Source of the DNA: Basidiobolus meristosporus CBS 931.73
Taxonomy: Eukaryota > Fungi > Basidiobolomycota
NCBI GenBank assembly: GCA_002104905.1
Contig: MCFE01000720.1
Span: 1-42,253, forward strand
Direction: 5' to 3'
DNA: 42,253 nucleotides
This document shows positions 42,017 through 42,253 of this stretch, in pieces (position 1 is the first letter of the stretch; the number at the start of each line of letters is the position of its first letter). The notes beneath the pieces are model-generated. The model worked only from the letters and a program-made list of their open reading frames with translations. It made no database searches and was not told the DNA's origin. Both the position numbers and the translations under genes were made by a program.

Positions 42017-42253
42017 TAGGGTTAGGGTTAGGGTTAGGGTTAGGGTTAGGGTTAGGGTTAGGGTTAGGGTTAGGGTTAGGGTTAGGGTTAGGGTTAGGGT
42101 TAGGGTTAGGGTTAGGGTTAGGGTTAGGGTTAGGGTTAGGGTTAGGGTTAGGGTTAGGGTTAGGGTTAGGGTTAGGGTTAGGGTTAGGGTTAGGGTTAGG
42201 GTTAGGGTTAGGGTTAGGGTTAGGGTTAGGGTTAGGGTTAGGGTTAGGGTTAG
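42017..42253 (+). repeat. Telomere (TTAGGG)n, ~39 perfect repeats, running to the window end
   Basis: Direct reading; the G-rich strand runs 5'->3' toward the end, as expected for a right chromosome arm. Confidence 0.99.

Overview
Right-hand chromosome end of an intron-rich fungus. The gene set and style suggest an early-diverging lineage such as Zoopagomycota or Mucoromycota (inference). The window ends in ~39 TTAGGG repeats (42017-42253). From left to right: (1) 1-3.5 kb is a CpG-depleted nest of Ty1/Copia relics (RNase H + PPT + LTR, gag + PBS, a solo LTR nested in an LTR) plus a 33-bp minisatellite. (2) 4-23 kb is a gene-dense block: intronless bacterial-type GH5 mannanase, two small secreted ORFs, two convergent YVSFP-motif ORFs, RPS1, an RFC subunit, CBP4, an ABCA half-transporter, two RPL36 copies with identical CDS flanking a secreted 10x(C-X18-C) repeat protein and an O-methyltransferase, and a Bacillus PucG-like aminotransferase with a +1 frameshift. 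(3) 23.5-25.7 kb is a cluster of Copia solo LTRs. (4) 26-37 kb holds an MFS transporter, a BBE/AA7 flavo-oxidase, an RNase T2 and relics. (5) 37.5-42 kb is a stack of retroelement pieces, all pointing their 3' ends toward the centromere; all but the oldest join telomeric TTAGGG through an oligo-G/oligo-C junction. The most notable observation is that an RT-type unit and a separate ORF1-only unit share a covarying two-hairpin + oligo(C) 3' end, suggesting a bipartite, telomere-primed retroelement system. Exon boundaries were derived by hand, and homologies are from recalled motifs, not database searches.
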